A DNA stretch of 64,000 bases from Eledone cirrhosa (GCA_964016885.1 OZ024749.1:15624001-15688000); one strand, 5' to 3'; positions 34,303-48,289 are shown, counted from the first letter of the stretch. Notes: generated by a model from the letters alone, not told the origin. A program made the numbers and translations.

Positions 34303-37300
34303 TGGCACCATCAATAAAATAGCCCACTACTGGCGACACCATCAGTAAAATAGTTCATACTGGCGTTACCATCAATAAAATAGCCCACTACTGGCGGCAC
34401 CATCAGTAAAATAGTTCATACTGGCGTTACCATCAATAAAATAGCCCACTACTGGCGTTACCATCAATAAAATAGCCCACTACTGGCGGCACCATCAATA
34501 AAATAGCCCACTACTGGCGTTACCATCAATAAAATAGCCCACTACTGGCGTTACCATCAATAAAATAGCCCACTACTGGCGTTACCATCAATAAAATAGT
34601 TCATACTGGCGTTACCATCAATAAAATAGCCCACTACTGGCGTTACCATCAGTAAAATAGCCCACTACTGGCGTTACCATCAATAAAATAGCCCACTACT
34701 GGCGTTACCATCAATAACATAGCCCACTACTGGCGTTACCATCAATAAAATAGTTCATACTGGCGTTACCATCAATAAAATAGCCCACTACTGGCGTTAC
34801 CATCAATAAAATAGTTCATACTGGCGTTACCATCAATAAAATAGCCCACTACTGGCGTTACCATCAATAAAATAGCCCACTACTGGCGTTACCATCAATA
34901 AAATAGTTCATACTGGCGTTACCATCAATAAAATAGCCCACTACTGGCGTTACCATCAATACAATAGTTCATACTGGCGTTACCATCAATAAAATAGTTC
35001 ATACTGGCGTTACCATCAATAAAATAGCCCACTACTGGCGTTACCATCAATAAAATAGCCCACTACTGGCGTTACCATCAATAAAATAGCCCACTACTGG
35101 CGTTACCATCAATAAAATAGTTCATACTGGCGGCACCATCAATAAAATAGCCCACTACTGGCGTTACCATCAATAAAATAGCCCACTACTGGCGGCACCA
35201 TCAGTAAAATAGTTCATACTGGCGGCACCATCAATAAAATAGCCCACTACTGGCGTTACCATCAATAAAATAGCCCACTACTGGCGGCACCATCAGTAAA
35301 ATAGTTCATACTGACGGCACCATCAATAAAATAGCCCACTACTGGCGTTACCATCAATAAAATAGTTCATACTGGCGTTACCATCAATAAAATAGCCCAC
35401 TACTGGCGTTACCATCAATAAAATAGTTCATACTGGCGGCACCATCAATAAAATAGCCCACTACTGGCGTTACCATCAATAAAATAGCCCACTACTGGCG
35501 TTACCATCAATAAAATAGCCCACTACTGACGTTACCATCAATAAAATAGTTCATACTGGCGGCACCATCAATAAAATAGCCCACTACTGGCGTTACCATC
35601 AATAAAATAGCCCACTACTGGCGTTACCATCAATAAAATAGTTCATACTGGCGGCACCATCAATAAAATAGCCCACTACTGGCGTTACCATCAATAAAAT
35701 AGCCCACTACTGACGTTACCATCAATAAAATAGCCCACTACTGACGTTACCATCAATAAAATAGTTCATACTGACGGCACCATCAATAAAATAGCCCACT
35801 ACTGGCGTTACCATCAATAAAATAGTTCATACTGGCGTTACCATCAATAAAATAGCCCACTACTGGCGTTACCATCAATAAAATAGCCCACTACTGGCGT
35901 TACCATCAATAAAATAGTTCATACTGGCGGCACCATCAATAAAATAGTTCATACTGGCGTTACCATCAATAAAATAGCCCACTACTGGCGGCACTATCAA
36001 TAAAATAGTTCATACAGGCGGCACCATCAATAAAATAGCCCACTACTGGCGACACCATCAATAAAATAGCTCATACTGGCGGCACCATCAATAAAAAACC
36101 TCATACTGGCGGCACCATCAACAAAATACCTCATACTGGCGGCACCATCAATAAAAAACCTCATACTGGCGGCACCATCAACAAAATACCTCATACTGGC
36201 GGCACCATCAACAAAATACCTCATACTGGCGGCACCATCAATAAAAAACCTCATACTGGCGGCACCATCAATAAAAAACCTCATACTGGCGGCACCATCA
36301 ATAAAATACCTCATACTGGCGGCACCATCAACAAAATTCCTCATACTGGCGGCACCATCAATAAAAAACCTCATACTGGCGGCACCATCAATAAAATACC
36401 TCATACTGGCGGCACCATTAATAAAATACCTCATACTGGCGGCACCATCAATAAAATACCTCATACTGGCGGCACCATCAATAAAATAGCCCACTACTGG
36501 CGGCACTATCAATAAAATACCTCATACTGGCGGCACCATCAATAAAATACCTCATACTGGCGGCACTATCAATAAAATAGCTCATACTGGCGGCACCATC
36601 AATAAAATACCTCATACTGGCGGCACCATCAATAAAATACCTCATACTGGCGGCACTATCAATAAAATAGCCCACTACTGGCGGCACTATCAATAAAATA
36701 CCTCATACTGGCGGCACCATCAATAAAATAGCCCACTACTGGCGGCACTATCAATAAAATAGCTCATACTGGCGGCACCATCAATAAAATACCTCATACT
36801 GGCGGCACCATCAATAAAATACCTCATACTGGCGGCACCATCAATAAAATACCTCATACTGGCGGCACCATCAATAAAATACCTCATACTGGCGGCACCA
36901 TCAATAAAATACCTCATACTGGCGGCACTATCAATAAAATACCTCATACTGGCGGCACCATCAATAAAATACCTCATACTGGCGGCACCATCAATAAAAT
37001 ACCTCATACTGGCGGCACCATCAATAAAATACCTCATACTGGCGGCACCATCAATAAAATACCTCATACTGGCGGCACCATCAATAAAATACCTCATACT
37101 GGCGGCACTATCAATAAAATACCTCATACTGGCGGCACCATCAATAAAATACCTCATACTGGCGGCACTATCAATAAAATACCTCATACTGGCGTTACCA
37201 TCAATAAAATACCTCATACTGGCGGCACCATCAATAACACAGCTCATAATGGCAGCACCATTAGTAAAATAGCCCATTACTCTCCCGTGGCGGCACCATC

Positions 37301-37310
37301 AATAAAACCC
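34303..37310. repeat. ~3-kb minisatellite of about 98 units of 30/31 bp
   Basis: Unit CCATCAATAAAATA-[GCCCACT|GTTCAT|CCTCAT|GCTCAT]-ACTGGCG-[TTA|GCA]. Confidence 0.97.
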
Positions 37311-37762
37311 CATGCCACCCAACCATCGACACCCTTAATAAAATGCCATCCCACCTGTGTCACCATTAAGAAAATCACTGCCTTCCCCGGTGGCATAACC
37401 CGCCCAGGTTAGCTTTTCCTTTCACCCTTACGGGGTTGATAAAATAAAGTACCAGTAATGTACTGGTTAATTGCTGGCCTTGTGCCAAATGTAGAAACAA
37501 TTATTAATAATGATTTCTACAATAGATACAAGACCAGCAATTTGGGGGGTAGGGTAGTCGACCTCGTAAGGATGAAAGGCAAAGCAACCTCGGTGGGATT
37601 TGAACACAGAACGTAAAGGGCCGTACTCTATGCTGCAAAGCATGATGTCCAACGTGCTACCGATACTGCCAATAAAACACCCCATCGCTGGCGACACCAT
37701 AAATAAAATAATTTTATTATCTCAGTTTTGTTTATTCTCTTCTCTTTTCCAATAAACGATCA

Positions 37763-37790
37763 ACTTCCGGTCTACAATCAACTTCCGGTA
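37763..37790 (+). promoter_or_regulatory. Tandem ETS-type motifs (ACTTCCGG x2); possible promoter
   Basis: CAACTTCCGGT repeated 18 bp apart, directly before AAAACATG. Confidence 0.35.
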
Positions 37791-37982
37791 AAACATGATT
37801 TTGTTTGAGTATTTGTTATATTACAAACCCTTCTTCCAAGTAAAGTAGAGCGATCTTATTTTAGGTATCTAGTCTTTAATGCGAAGAAATACCAATGATA
37901 ATCAGCAGACTCCTGATGACGGACATTCATGTTTCTCGGTCTATTTTCATTTATATATACATATATATATATACATATATAT

Positions 37983-38022
<40 letters not shown>

Positions 38023-38240
38023 TCACACACCCACACATATAAATATATACATACACACATTTCCCGTCTCCACCCCTCCACCCACCACCACCCCTACACG
38101 CCTCACACCCTTTCACCACTTGTTTCATTTTAATTTTTTTACCCTCTAAAAAATTTGTTTACTCCCTTCCCCCCCTTTTTTAATGACTTTCTACCACTCC
38201 CCCTCACACCCTCGGAATTCTTTTCCCGCCCACTTTTCTC

Positions 38241-38268
38241 CCGATGAAGGGCTTATGCCCGAAATGTC
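38241..38268 (+). ncRNA. Minimal Penelope-type hammerhead remnant
   Basis: CCGATGA-A-GGGC-TTAT-GCCC-GAAATGTC; core mutated and no stem I visible. Confidence 0.5.
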
Positions 38269-38372
38269 ATCCCCCATCCTCACTCTCAAGCATGAAACTA
38301 ATATTAACATTTGTACTGCCTCTTCGCTTCCATGTTGTTTTTTTTTTGTTTTTTGTTTACTGTCTCAACTAT

Positions 38373-38405
38373 AAAATATACACATATATATATATATACA
38401 CACAC

Positions 38406-38457
<52 letters not shown>

Positions 38458-38721
38458 TATATACATATGTATATACATATATATATATACATATACATAT
38501 ATATTGATGTATATACATATATATATATATACATATATATACACATATATACATATACATATATATACATATATATTCATATATATATACATATATATAC
38601 ATATATATATATATATACATATATATACATATATATATACATATAGAGAAACATATATATACATATATATTCATATATATATATATACATATATATACAT
38701 ATATATATATATATACACATG

Positions 38722-38757
<36 letters not shown>

Positions 38758-39163
38758 TACATATATATATACATATATATATACATATATATATATACAT
38801 ATATATATATATACATATATATATACATATATGTATACATATATATATATACATATATATATACATATATATATACATATATGTATACATATATATATAC
38901 ATATATGTATATATATACATATATGTATATATATACATATATATATATACATATATATATACATATATATATACATATATGTATACATATATATATATTC
39001 ATATATATATATATACATATATATACATATATGTATACATTTATATCTACATATATGTATACATATATATATACATATATGTATATGTATACATATATAT
39101 ATATACATATATGTATATATATACATATATATATATATGTATATATATACATATATATATACT

Positions 39164-39209
<46 letters not shown>

Positions 39210-39223
39210 TATGTATATATATG

Positions 39224-39273
<50 letters not shown>

Positions 39274-39352
39274 CATATATATACATATATATATATACAT
39301 ATATATATATACATATACATATATATATACATATACATATATATATACATAC

Positions 39353-39383
<31 letters not shown>

Positions 39384-39408
39384 CATATACATATATATAT
39401 ATATACAC

Positions 39409-39441
<33 letters not shown>

Positions 39442-39450
39442 TATATATAC
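38373..39450. repeat. Interrupted (TA)n microsatellite (ACAT variants)
   Basis: Seen directly. Confidence 0.95.
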
Positions 39451-40112
39451 CTATCCATACAAACAAAAACATACTCTCCTGATAACCGTTTAGTTTACGG
39501 CAATGAAGAGCTATCTTAGATAAACTAGATTCAACAGATATATAAACATTGGGTGTATTTGAACCTGAAATTCTAGCTAAACTTCCCCACCTTGAGGGCG
39601 TGGACTTCCACCCTCGCCCACCACTGCCTGACCTTTCAAGGAGGCAAATAAAGTTCAAGTTACACTAAAAAATGTAAGGAATATAATTGGGGAAGTATGT
39701 AAAGGCTGGCGGTGGAGGAGTCGGTTTATGTGTTTTACCTCTAGTCATTTATGTTCTAGGGTTCAAATACTGCTAGTGTATACAGTGTCTTTTCTCCTGC
39801 CCCGGGGTGCCTATACCTTAAGAATTGGGGTGTGTGGGGTGATAGATTAAATTGAACTAATACTGCAAAGTATATTTTCTGACGCTCTAATGAATCGGCT
39901 AAATACACACATACAATAAACACAGGCACGCACAGTGGTGGACTGGGTCTGAAAATATTGGTTGCCAGGAGATAAAGGGGGCCCACCCATATATAAAATG
40001 CTATCATTTAATTTTTATAATGAATAAATAACATTTTCAAAAAATACATAAGTGAAAACAAAACAGTGCAATCAAATTTTTGCGGGAAAAAATGTGTATT
40101 TTTTTTACTAAT

Positions 40113-40554
40113 TATAGTGTATATATACTGAACATGTTACTGGTAGTATACAGTAATATAGTGTATATATACTGAACATGTTACTGGTAGTATACAGTAA
40201 TATAGTGTATATATACTGAACATGTTACTGGTAGTATACAGTAATATAGTGTATATATACTGAACATGTTACTGGTAGTATACAGTAATATAGTGTATAT
40301 ATACTGAACATGTTACTGGTAGTATACAGTAATATAGTGTATATATACTGAACATGTTACTGGTAGTATACAGTAATATAGTGTATATATACTGAACATG
40401 TTACTGGTAGTATACAGTAATATAGTGTATATATACTGAACATGTTACTGGTAGTATACAGTAATATAGTGTATATATACTGAACATGTTACTGGTAGTA
40501 TACAGTAATATAGTGTATATATACTGAACATGTTACTGGTAGTATACAGTAATA
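40113..40554. repeat. 10 identical tandem copies of a 44-bp unit
   Basis: TATAGTGTATATATACTGAACATGTTACTGGTAGTATACAGTAA repeated. Confidence 0.97.
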
Positions 40555-40596
40555 TTAAATGTTAATACAGAATGTCGGTGGTTAACATTTTTATTT

Positions 40597-40971
40597 TATG
40601 GCATGACCATCTTCCCGTTCCGCGGTGGCAAACCCCTCGTCAGGGATGCCACTTGCACCGACACTTTCTGCAGCCGCAACCTGGTGCAGTCTGCGACTGA
40701 CTCAGGTTCTGCCGCACGTCGGGCTGCGGAGGCCAAACTCCTCAAATACCGGTCGCTCTCCGACAGGTTTGCGGTCGTACCCCTGGCAGTGGAAACTTCT
40801 GGTGTCCTCGGCCCCAGGGCTACATCCTTACTCACCACCATAGGCGCTGAGCTGGCCAGCCGCAGGTCTGAGCCCCGCGAGTTGGAGTGGCTTTTCCAGC
40901 GCGTCTCCCTTGCCTTCTCCATTCTGTCCGCCGAGGCTGTGGGTGGGCCCCATCGCGTATCATTTTTGTAA
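40597..40971 (+). mobile_element. 3' fragment of a restriction-like-endonuclease LINE (CRE-type)
   Basis: GC-rich island encoding G-MTIFPFRGGKPLVRDATCTDT...AAEAKLLKY...VPLAVETSGVLG...LFQRVSLA. Confidence 0.8.
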
Positions 40972-41052
40972 ATATGACAACAGTTTATGATACAGAATGT
41001 TATAATTGAATTTTTAAATAATTGTGAATGTATAGTATACTGTTATTTAGAG

Positions 41053-41390
41053 CAGGGGTTCTCAACCTTTTTTTCACTGTGGACCACCAAAATAAGTAAT
41101 TTTTTCCTGTGGACCACCTAAACTTTTAAATCTTTTGTAATAGAACTGCTACTTATAAGCATCAGGAGATGTTTTTTTTCAATGAATTAGAAAATGCTAT
41201 TATCATGTCGCAGTGCCTAAAAATCTACGAAAATAAACAGCTGAAGTCGTACTTATGCGAAGAATAAGAACAGCGTTTTAAGTCAAATGCATGGATCAAA
41301 AAAGAATTTGCGATTGAAAATTTTCTGTGGACCACCTGAATTTTCCTGTGGACCACTAATGGTCCACATGGACCAGGTTGTGAACCCCTG
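41053..41390. mobile_element. hAT (Charlie-like) MITE
   Basis: TIRs CAGGGGTTCTCAACC / GGTTGTGAACCCCTG, perfect 8-bp TSD ATTTAGAG (41045-41052, 41391-41398), subterminal TGTGGACCAC repeats. Confidence 0.93.
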
Positions 41391-41727
41391 ATTTAGAGTA
41401 GAGTATGCAAGTAATCGTTCTTATCTTCTCCAATAAAAAAGTAAACATCCAGAGATTTTTCAATAATGGCCTCTGGTCTTTCACACTCACTCAATATATA
41501 TATCTGAGAGTGTGTGTATGTGTGTACATGTACATGTATATATATAGATTTATATATATATGTATACATACATGCATGTTTGCAGTCTCCCTAGGGACTT
41601 TAGACTGTAGAACTGACCACTAATTGATTTTACATATGTCCTTACCCCATTGATCTCGATAATGTTGTTAGAATTCAATGTGGCTTATAGCTTGTTTTGT
41701 TGTATAATCAATTGGTATATATTTCAG

Positions 41728-41848
41728 TAGAAAATCAAACTTTCCAGTTGTTGTCTTCCTGTTTCTTCTACAACAACTACAACGGTACGCGATGGGGGCC
41801 CCACCCACAACCCCGGCGGACAGAGAGATGGTTTCAACGAGATTGGCG
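41728..41848 (+). CDS. Candidate host exon (possible signal-peptide region)
   Basis: TTTCAG acceptor and GTGAGT donor; open frame RKSNFPVVVFLFLLQQLQRYAMGAPPTTPADREMVSTRLA. No homologue recognised. Confidence 0.3.
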
Positions 41849-42019
41849 GTGAGTGCTCTAGTTTTTGTAGTAGGTACTCATCGTATAAAGGTCCCCGAAA
41901 GATTCTACTCAAGCTACAGAGTCGTGTGTGTGTGTGAGCGCGCGTGTGTGTATGTGCGCGTGTGCGCGTGTGCGCGCGTGTGTGTGTGTGCGTGAGTGCG
42001 TGTGTGTGTATTGCGCAAT

Positions 42020-42407
42020 GAAAATAAAACAAAAGTCAAAGATAGGTTCTTAATTAGTTCACTGTTTTACGATCGTTTCAGAGGCTTGATTGATCATGGA
42101 AGATCGATATATCGACTAGTAGGTAACGGTTATGTCACTACCTATTTATTGTCTCTTAATATATCTTATGCATCCTTTTATTTATTTTTTCCCCTGATGG
42201 GAGCACTGACCCTCACATTTCATCATAGTTCATTGTTTCTGAGAAAGACGGTGCGATGGATCAGAGATTTCGAGACTGGAAATAGTTAATGACATAACCA
42301 CTGCATACTAGTCAATATATCGATCTACCATAATCAATCAACGCCCTGAAACGCTCGTTAAACAATGAACTAATTAAAAACTTTTCTTCGACTTTTGTTT
42401 TATTTTA
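42020..42407 (+). mobile_element. Fold-back element (family C) with long inverted arms and a variant hammerhead-like core; second copy at 52228-52522
   Basis: Arms ~42020-42147 and ~42280-42407. CATTGTTT-CTGAGAA...GAAAC-GCTC-G-TT-AAACAATG. Confidence 0.7.
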
Positions 42408-42747
42408 TATTGTTCAACACACACACACCATATTTATATATATATATATTAGTAATTGTATTTGTCTGACAAGTGCCTCCTTGATCTGAGGCCGTGTGTT
42501 GAAACTAAAGCAATTACAGCGGAGGAGACTCATGAATCATTTTAGATATTTATATTTATAGCAGAAAAAACAAAGACAAATAGAAAATAAATGGAGCAAA
42601 GTTGAAGTCAAGACTGATAGGAAGAAGAGAGGGCAAAAGTCATTGATAAGGTCACATACTGTGTGATGAAAGAGCTTTGTCAATTAAGTAATTAATCGAT
42701 TGGTTGATTAACCGACTGATAGATAGATTTATTCCTTGAATAATAAT

Positions 42748-43097
42748 TGTTTATTCTTTTAGCACAAGGCCAGCAATTACCCAGTACATTACTGGTACTT
42801 TATTTTATCGACCCTGTAAGGATGAAAGGCAAAGTTGACCTCGGCGGAGTTTGAACTCAGAATGGAAAGGGCCGTAACTCTATGCGTCAAAGCATGGTGT
42901 CCGACTCTATACCGATACTGCCAATCCACCGCCATTCCTTGAATAAAATGATAAATAAAACAATAATGGTTTCTGATTAAGACACAGGCCAGCAATTTGA
43001 GGGGAAGTTGATTGAATCGGCCCCAGTGCATTACTGGTACTATATTTTAATGACCCCGTAAGGATGAAAGGCAAATCTAACCTTGGCGGAATTTCAA
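42748..43097 (-). mobile_element. Two OR-type SINEs (further copies at 29483-29640, 37405-37671, 47290-47513, 55015-55110, 55757-55870)
   Basis: Same motifs as 1-1048. Confidence 0.8.
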
Positions 43098-43503
43098 ATA
43101 ATAATAATAATAATAGTAATGATAATAGAAACTGAAGTGAAAACCAACCGGTGTTCGTGTTTTAATTGGCAGCGTGACCCTTCCAAAATACATCAATATC
43201 TTATAACAACACAATCGTTTGTTATCATTTAGAATCCTAAACATTTTTGTCTGTCTGAATCTATTCCACCCTCTCTCCCCCACCGGCCTCCTCATCCGCC
43301 ATCTACCGCCAAAAACAAAATAATGAATATCGAAGCGTTTGACATAAATCTCTTATGTTCTTTCTCCTGTTGTATTGATATCGATCTGTTTTTATTGTCT
43401 GAGACAATTACACAATGGAATCACTATTAAGTATCGATACTTGTTATATTTATCAATGTCGCTCTTTCCATTCTCTTCCGTTTTGCTTTGTTTTTCTCAT
43501 TAC

Positions 43504-43554
<51 letters not shown>

Positions 43555-43802
43555 TATTGTTATTGTTATTATTGTTGCTGTTGTTGTTATTCTACTTTGG
43601 TGAAAAAGAAATAAAGAAAAAGATGAAAGATAAATGAGAAACTGTTGTCGACTGACGTTTAATTACGCCAACAATCAGAAAATTCTATTGATCTAATATC
43701 GCCCTTCCGTTATTGCTCATGAAAACATGGTGCCAGAAATGGTTGTTCGGAAAAATCTTGGAGCGAAATTACATTTTTTTTTCTCTATGACTCTCTGATT
43801 TG

Positions 43803-43853
<51 letters not shown>

Positions 43854-44321
43854 CATATATATATGTGTGTGTGTATATATATATATATGTGTGTGTGCGT
43901 GTGTGTGTGCGTGTGTGTGTACATATACATACGTGTGTGTGTGTGTGTGTATATATATGTGTGTGTGTGTATATACATATATATATGTGTGTGTGTGCGT
44001 GTATTTATCTATTGTTTCCACTGACCGCTTTTTGTTATGTCTGAAACCGCCACCCCACACCTCAATACCCGTCCCTCCACCCTTCGACCCTCACCCCACC
44101 ACTTGATACCCGCCCCCTCCCTCCCCGATTTCTACGATATAAACTTGTTTGTTTTACAGTGTTGTGTTGTTATTTAGCTCAATTCCTTCCGTCCCAATCC
44201 TTTGTAAGAACCTTTGTTAAGTTATGCGCCAAACACCAGTCATTGATTTTTTAAATTATCGACAGTGTCTTTCATGAGAAATTTAGTGAGGAAAGAGTTA
44301 AAATGTTTATCTTCTTCTTCA

Positions 44322-45065
44322 CCTACTTATTCCTGAGAGGGTCCTGGAAGCAGAGTCCTGAAACACTCCTTCCAGTAGGTCCTGTCAGAAACAACCATCT
44401 CCAACTGATCCAGCTGGATCCCCAAGCGTGACCAGCAAAGCTCATGGATGTTTATATTAATAAAAAACATTATGTTACGTGCCAAGCACCAAAATAACTA
44501 ATGAGAAAATTATTTTAGTAATTCTCTTCAAATTCTTGATTATTTTCAAAATGATTTTAAAACTATAAGCAGTGTTTCTCATTAGAAATATAATAAGGAA
44601 AAGTATAAACTGTTAACATTTATCTAAACCCCTTACATGGTCCCTGTATGCCTTTTGTGGAGTTGATGCTCTTGCAAGAATTCCGACCAATCTTCAGATT
44701 CAGGATACTTTCCTTCTTCCCAGACTTATCCGATCTTCCGTCAGTTTCAAGGAGGAACATGTTAAGTGGTAGACATATTCTGTCGCTTCCACCCAGGTTT
44801 ACCACCAACCCTCTGGCTTTTATTAGAGTCCACTCCGCTGCAAACATTTGGAGCAGGTCTCTAGTTTGAGGAAACTTCTTACAACCCTTCTCTCCTTCCC
44901 CAGTTTTGGGAACCATAAAAAATAGTTATGAGATCTGTCCTTTCCTCTCTGACTAAACAGCAAACACACACACACACAAAAGGTATGCAATAGTCCATGA
45001 CAACATCGAGGATACTTTTGAATTTGTCCCACTGACCAATCATTGCACAGGCCCTAAACACCCAA
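44322..45065 (-). mobile_element. Old, frameshifted RTE-like LINE 3' fragment
   Basis: TIFYGSQNW resembles LLYGSETW; LGIQLDQLEMVVSDRTYWK resembles an RTE terminus; (AGA)n tail. Confidence 0.4.
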
Positions 45066-45584
45066 GAAATCGATGGAGCTCGCCGCCATGTTCGTATTCT
45101 TCAGTTTTAGGCGCATCATGCAGCATCAGAGGCTGTGTTAAATGTTTTAAACAAGATTCATTTGTAACCTCGATATTGTCGTTGGCTGTGAGTAGCATCC
45201 TCTTAAAATTAACATTCGTGTGGCTGAGCATTCCACACACACGTGTACCCATGATGTCATAACTCTGAAATATCATAAAATATAAGGTAAAAGTACAAAC
45301 TGTTCTGTGTTGTATCTTATTCTACTCTCATTTCACTCCTTTCATTCTAACTGGCATAGTTTGGAAAAGAAAGGAATTTCGTGTCACTGTAAGAAGAAAA
45401 AGAAAAAGAAAAAGAAGAAGAAGAAGAAGAAGAAGAAGAAGAAGAAGAAGAAGAAGAAGAAGAAGGAGTGTTCTGTGGAAATATTTCCATCAATTTTAAT
45501 TATTTTCCAAAGTCTCCGAAGAGCAACGAAAATAGCAAAACCTATCTGCCACTAGTGGGATATCGTTATATATAATAGAAACAG

Positions 45585-45627
<43 letters not shown>

Positions 45628-45665
45628 CAGATATATATAGGCAAATATATTTAGAATGTAGTGTT

Positions 45666-45711
<46 letters not shown>

Positions 45712-45788
45712 AACACACACACAGCATTCTAAATATATCTGCCACGAATGAGATATCGTTCTTAAAATATATACAAATATATGTATGA

Positions 45789-45853
<65 letters not shown>

Positions 45854-46366
45854 CTCTACATTTCAAATGTATGTAGAATCCTACCTTGCCTCGAGTACAT
45901 TTCTTAAACATACGATTAGCTGCAAATACCAATAAAAAACAAACCAATAAAGATAAGAATAACGGAGGCCATATTTATAGACGCGGAGAAACTACCAATG
46001 AACAACAGAACGGAACTATATGGAGGAGAGTGGATTTTATGACTGTTCCACGAATGCTCAATCCTCACACACAACATAGCAAAGGTCCGTTAAAACAACG
46101 CAACATTTTTTCTTTTTTTCATTTGAAAAGAAGGTATTTAACTTGAAATGTTACAAGGAAAATTTACTGGATTAAAAAGCATTTTTAAAAATTTATTTGT
46201 CATCCTTTATCCAAATGCCACCTTATATATAAGCGTCCGAAACGTTAAGACCCTCTTCATGCTATATCAAGCGTTAACCTAATATAAACCTTCCATATAC
46301 TGTACCGATTGTGTTGTTATTTCTGTTTACCTTTTATATACATACATACATACATATATATATATA

Positions 46367-47259
46367 CTAGCATTAAAGCCCGGCGTTGCTCAGGGTCATT
46401 AAGTTACCAAAGTTAGGTTGCACCACCATTTTATGGCACCACTTTTTTGTCTGCCAGGCACTGGGTGAATGAAATGCAGACCTGGAAGCATGAGCTGCGC
46501 CAGCAGTGACAATTGTATTTCGCCTATGGATATTATCTGTGCAAAAAAGTGTTGAAATTTATTGTTTCACATTACTTGCGCAACACGCGCGTAGACGATG
46601 CCAGCCGAACAACAGAGCTGCGATGGAGTTGTTCTGCATGGTTGTCTGTGTGTTTTCTAAATTTAAGACAGTAGGGAGGGTTGTGATATGAGGGAGAGTT
46701 AGCTGTTGTTTCTAGCAGGTTTAGTGACCTCATAGAGGATATGTGTTTTCTAAATTTAAGGCAGTAGGGAGTGGTGTGATATAGGGGAGAGTTAGCTGCT
46801 GTTTCTAGCAGGTTTAGTGACCTCATAGAAGATATGTTTTCTAAATTTAAGACAGTAGGGAGGGGTGTGATATGGGGGAGAGTTAGCTGCTGTTTCTAGC
46901 AGGTTTAGTAACCTCATAGAGGATATGTGTTTTCTAAATTTAAGACAGTAGGGAGTGGTGTGAACGGACAGTATCACCATCAAGCTTGGAAAGAGAAAGT
47001 AGCAGAGAGTATGAAGTTGTATAGATTTTGAATGGTAGTAGAAAGAGTTCAGCAGTTTAAATGAGAGAGAAAAATCGTAAAATATTGAGTTTTATCTATT
47101 TTTTGCGTAATTGTGGGTGAAATTGAGAAAATTATCTGCGTCAAGACGCAATCGAAGCTATTTCGAGTACTGAATTGTAAATTTCAATTGAAGAAATTCT
47201 ATATCGTAGATTTCTATAAGAAAGGAGCATGACCACACACTGAGCTTTATAGATTATGA
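46367..47259 (-). mobile_element. Non-autonomous Helitron with an internal ~92-bp tandem repeat (46648-46962, ~3.5 copies)
   Basis: On the minus strand: A|TC-ATAATCTATAAAGC start, subterminal hairpin CCCTGAGCAACGCCGGG, terminal CTAG|T. Confidence 0.75.
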
Positions 47260-48233
47260 TATATACCGACACGGCGAACTAAATTAACCCAAATGCGTTA
47301 CTGGTACTTTATTTTATTGACCTCGTAAGGATGTAAAAGCAAAGTTAACTTCGGCGGGATTTGAACTCATAACGTAAAGGACAATAACTATACTGCAAAC
47401 AATGGCGTCTGACGCTCTACCGATACTGCCCTACTACAAATAATAATGGCTTCTTATATAGGCACAAGGCCAGCAATTTTGGAGGAGGTGAAAGTCGATT
47501 AAATCGACCCCAGACTACGCAAGTCATAATATAATAAAGGGTGGAATGCGGGACTGTGTTTTGATTACATTTTTTATCCCATTAGTAATTGTTGATCAAC
47601 TGTTATATATATATCTAAACTATAATATAGTAAAATAAGTTGGATTACTTAGAATAAATAATGAATGAATATTACATAATTTATCTGTAGCTGTTGATTG
47701 AACATAAATATTCTTATATATAATGATTGCTTATTTTAAGATTTACTTCTTTTAAAATGTTCAAATGTCAATACTTCCGGTTATGATATAACGGACGCTA
47801 TATCAGATCACTTATATAATCGTTCATATATTTGCATCGTTATATGATAACGTTTATATTTCTGTCACTAATTTTCTTCTTTTTCGTTTTCATTACATTT
47901 CACTGTAATACAGTTTATATATAATATCGTCTTTTTTTAATGTATCGTGGATTACTTTACTGATTACAGAAGACAGTGTAACACAGTCTCTCTTCAATTT
48001 CTCTGTATATTGTCAATTACGATTTTATTTGACGTATCATATCTACATACATGTATATTTGCGTATAATATCAATATACACACTACACATGCTAGAAGAA
48101 AACCAGCCGAGGGGTGGTTTTTCTGCTAATAATAATATTTAACGTATAACGTAATTTAACGTATGACGTATTTTTTCCGTCCAGTTTGCAAATTTAATAC
48201 TTTACGTCCCAACATATCTACACACAAACGGGC

Positions 48234-48274
<41 letters not shown>

Positions 48275-48289
48275 TGTGTGTGTGTATGT

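Noticed and set aside
34303-37310. CRISPR-like array or MRYFIDGAAS repeat protein
   Set aside because: No unique spacers and no cas genes in a eukaryotic context; 31-bp units break the frame repeatedly.
37913-37940. CTGATGA hammerhead start
   Set aside because: No downstream GAAA or stem III.
39547-39668. Protein-like frame [25 protein letters not shown]
   Set aside because: In-frame stop right after the nearest acceptor, and no recognisable homology.
44620-45276. Host coding exons on the minus strand
   Set aside because: No consistent spliced frame; scattered motifs fit a decayed RTE LINE better.
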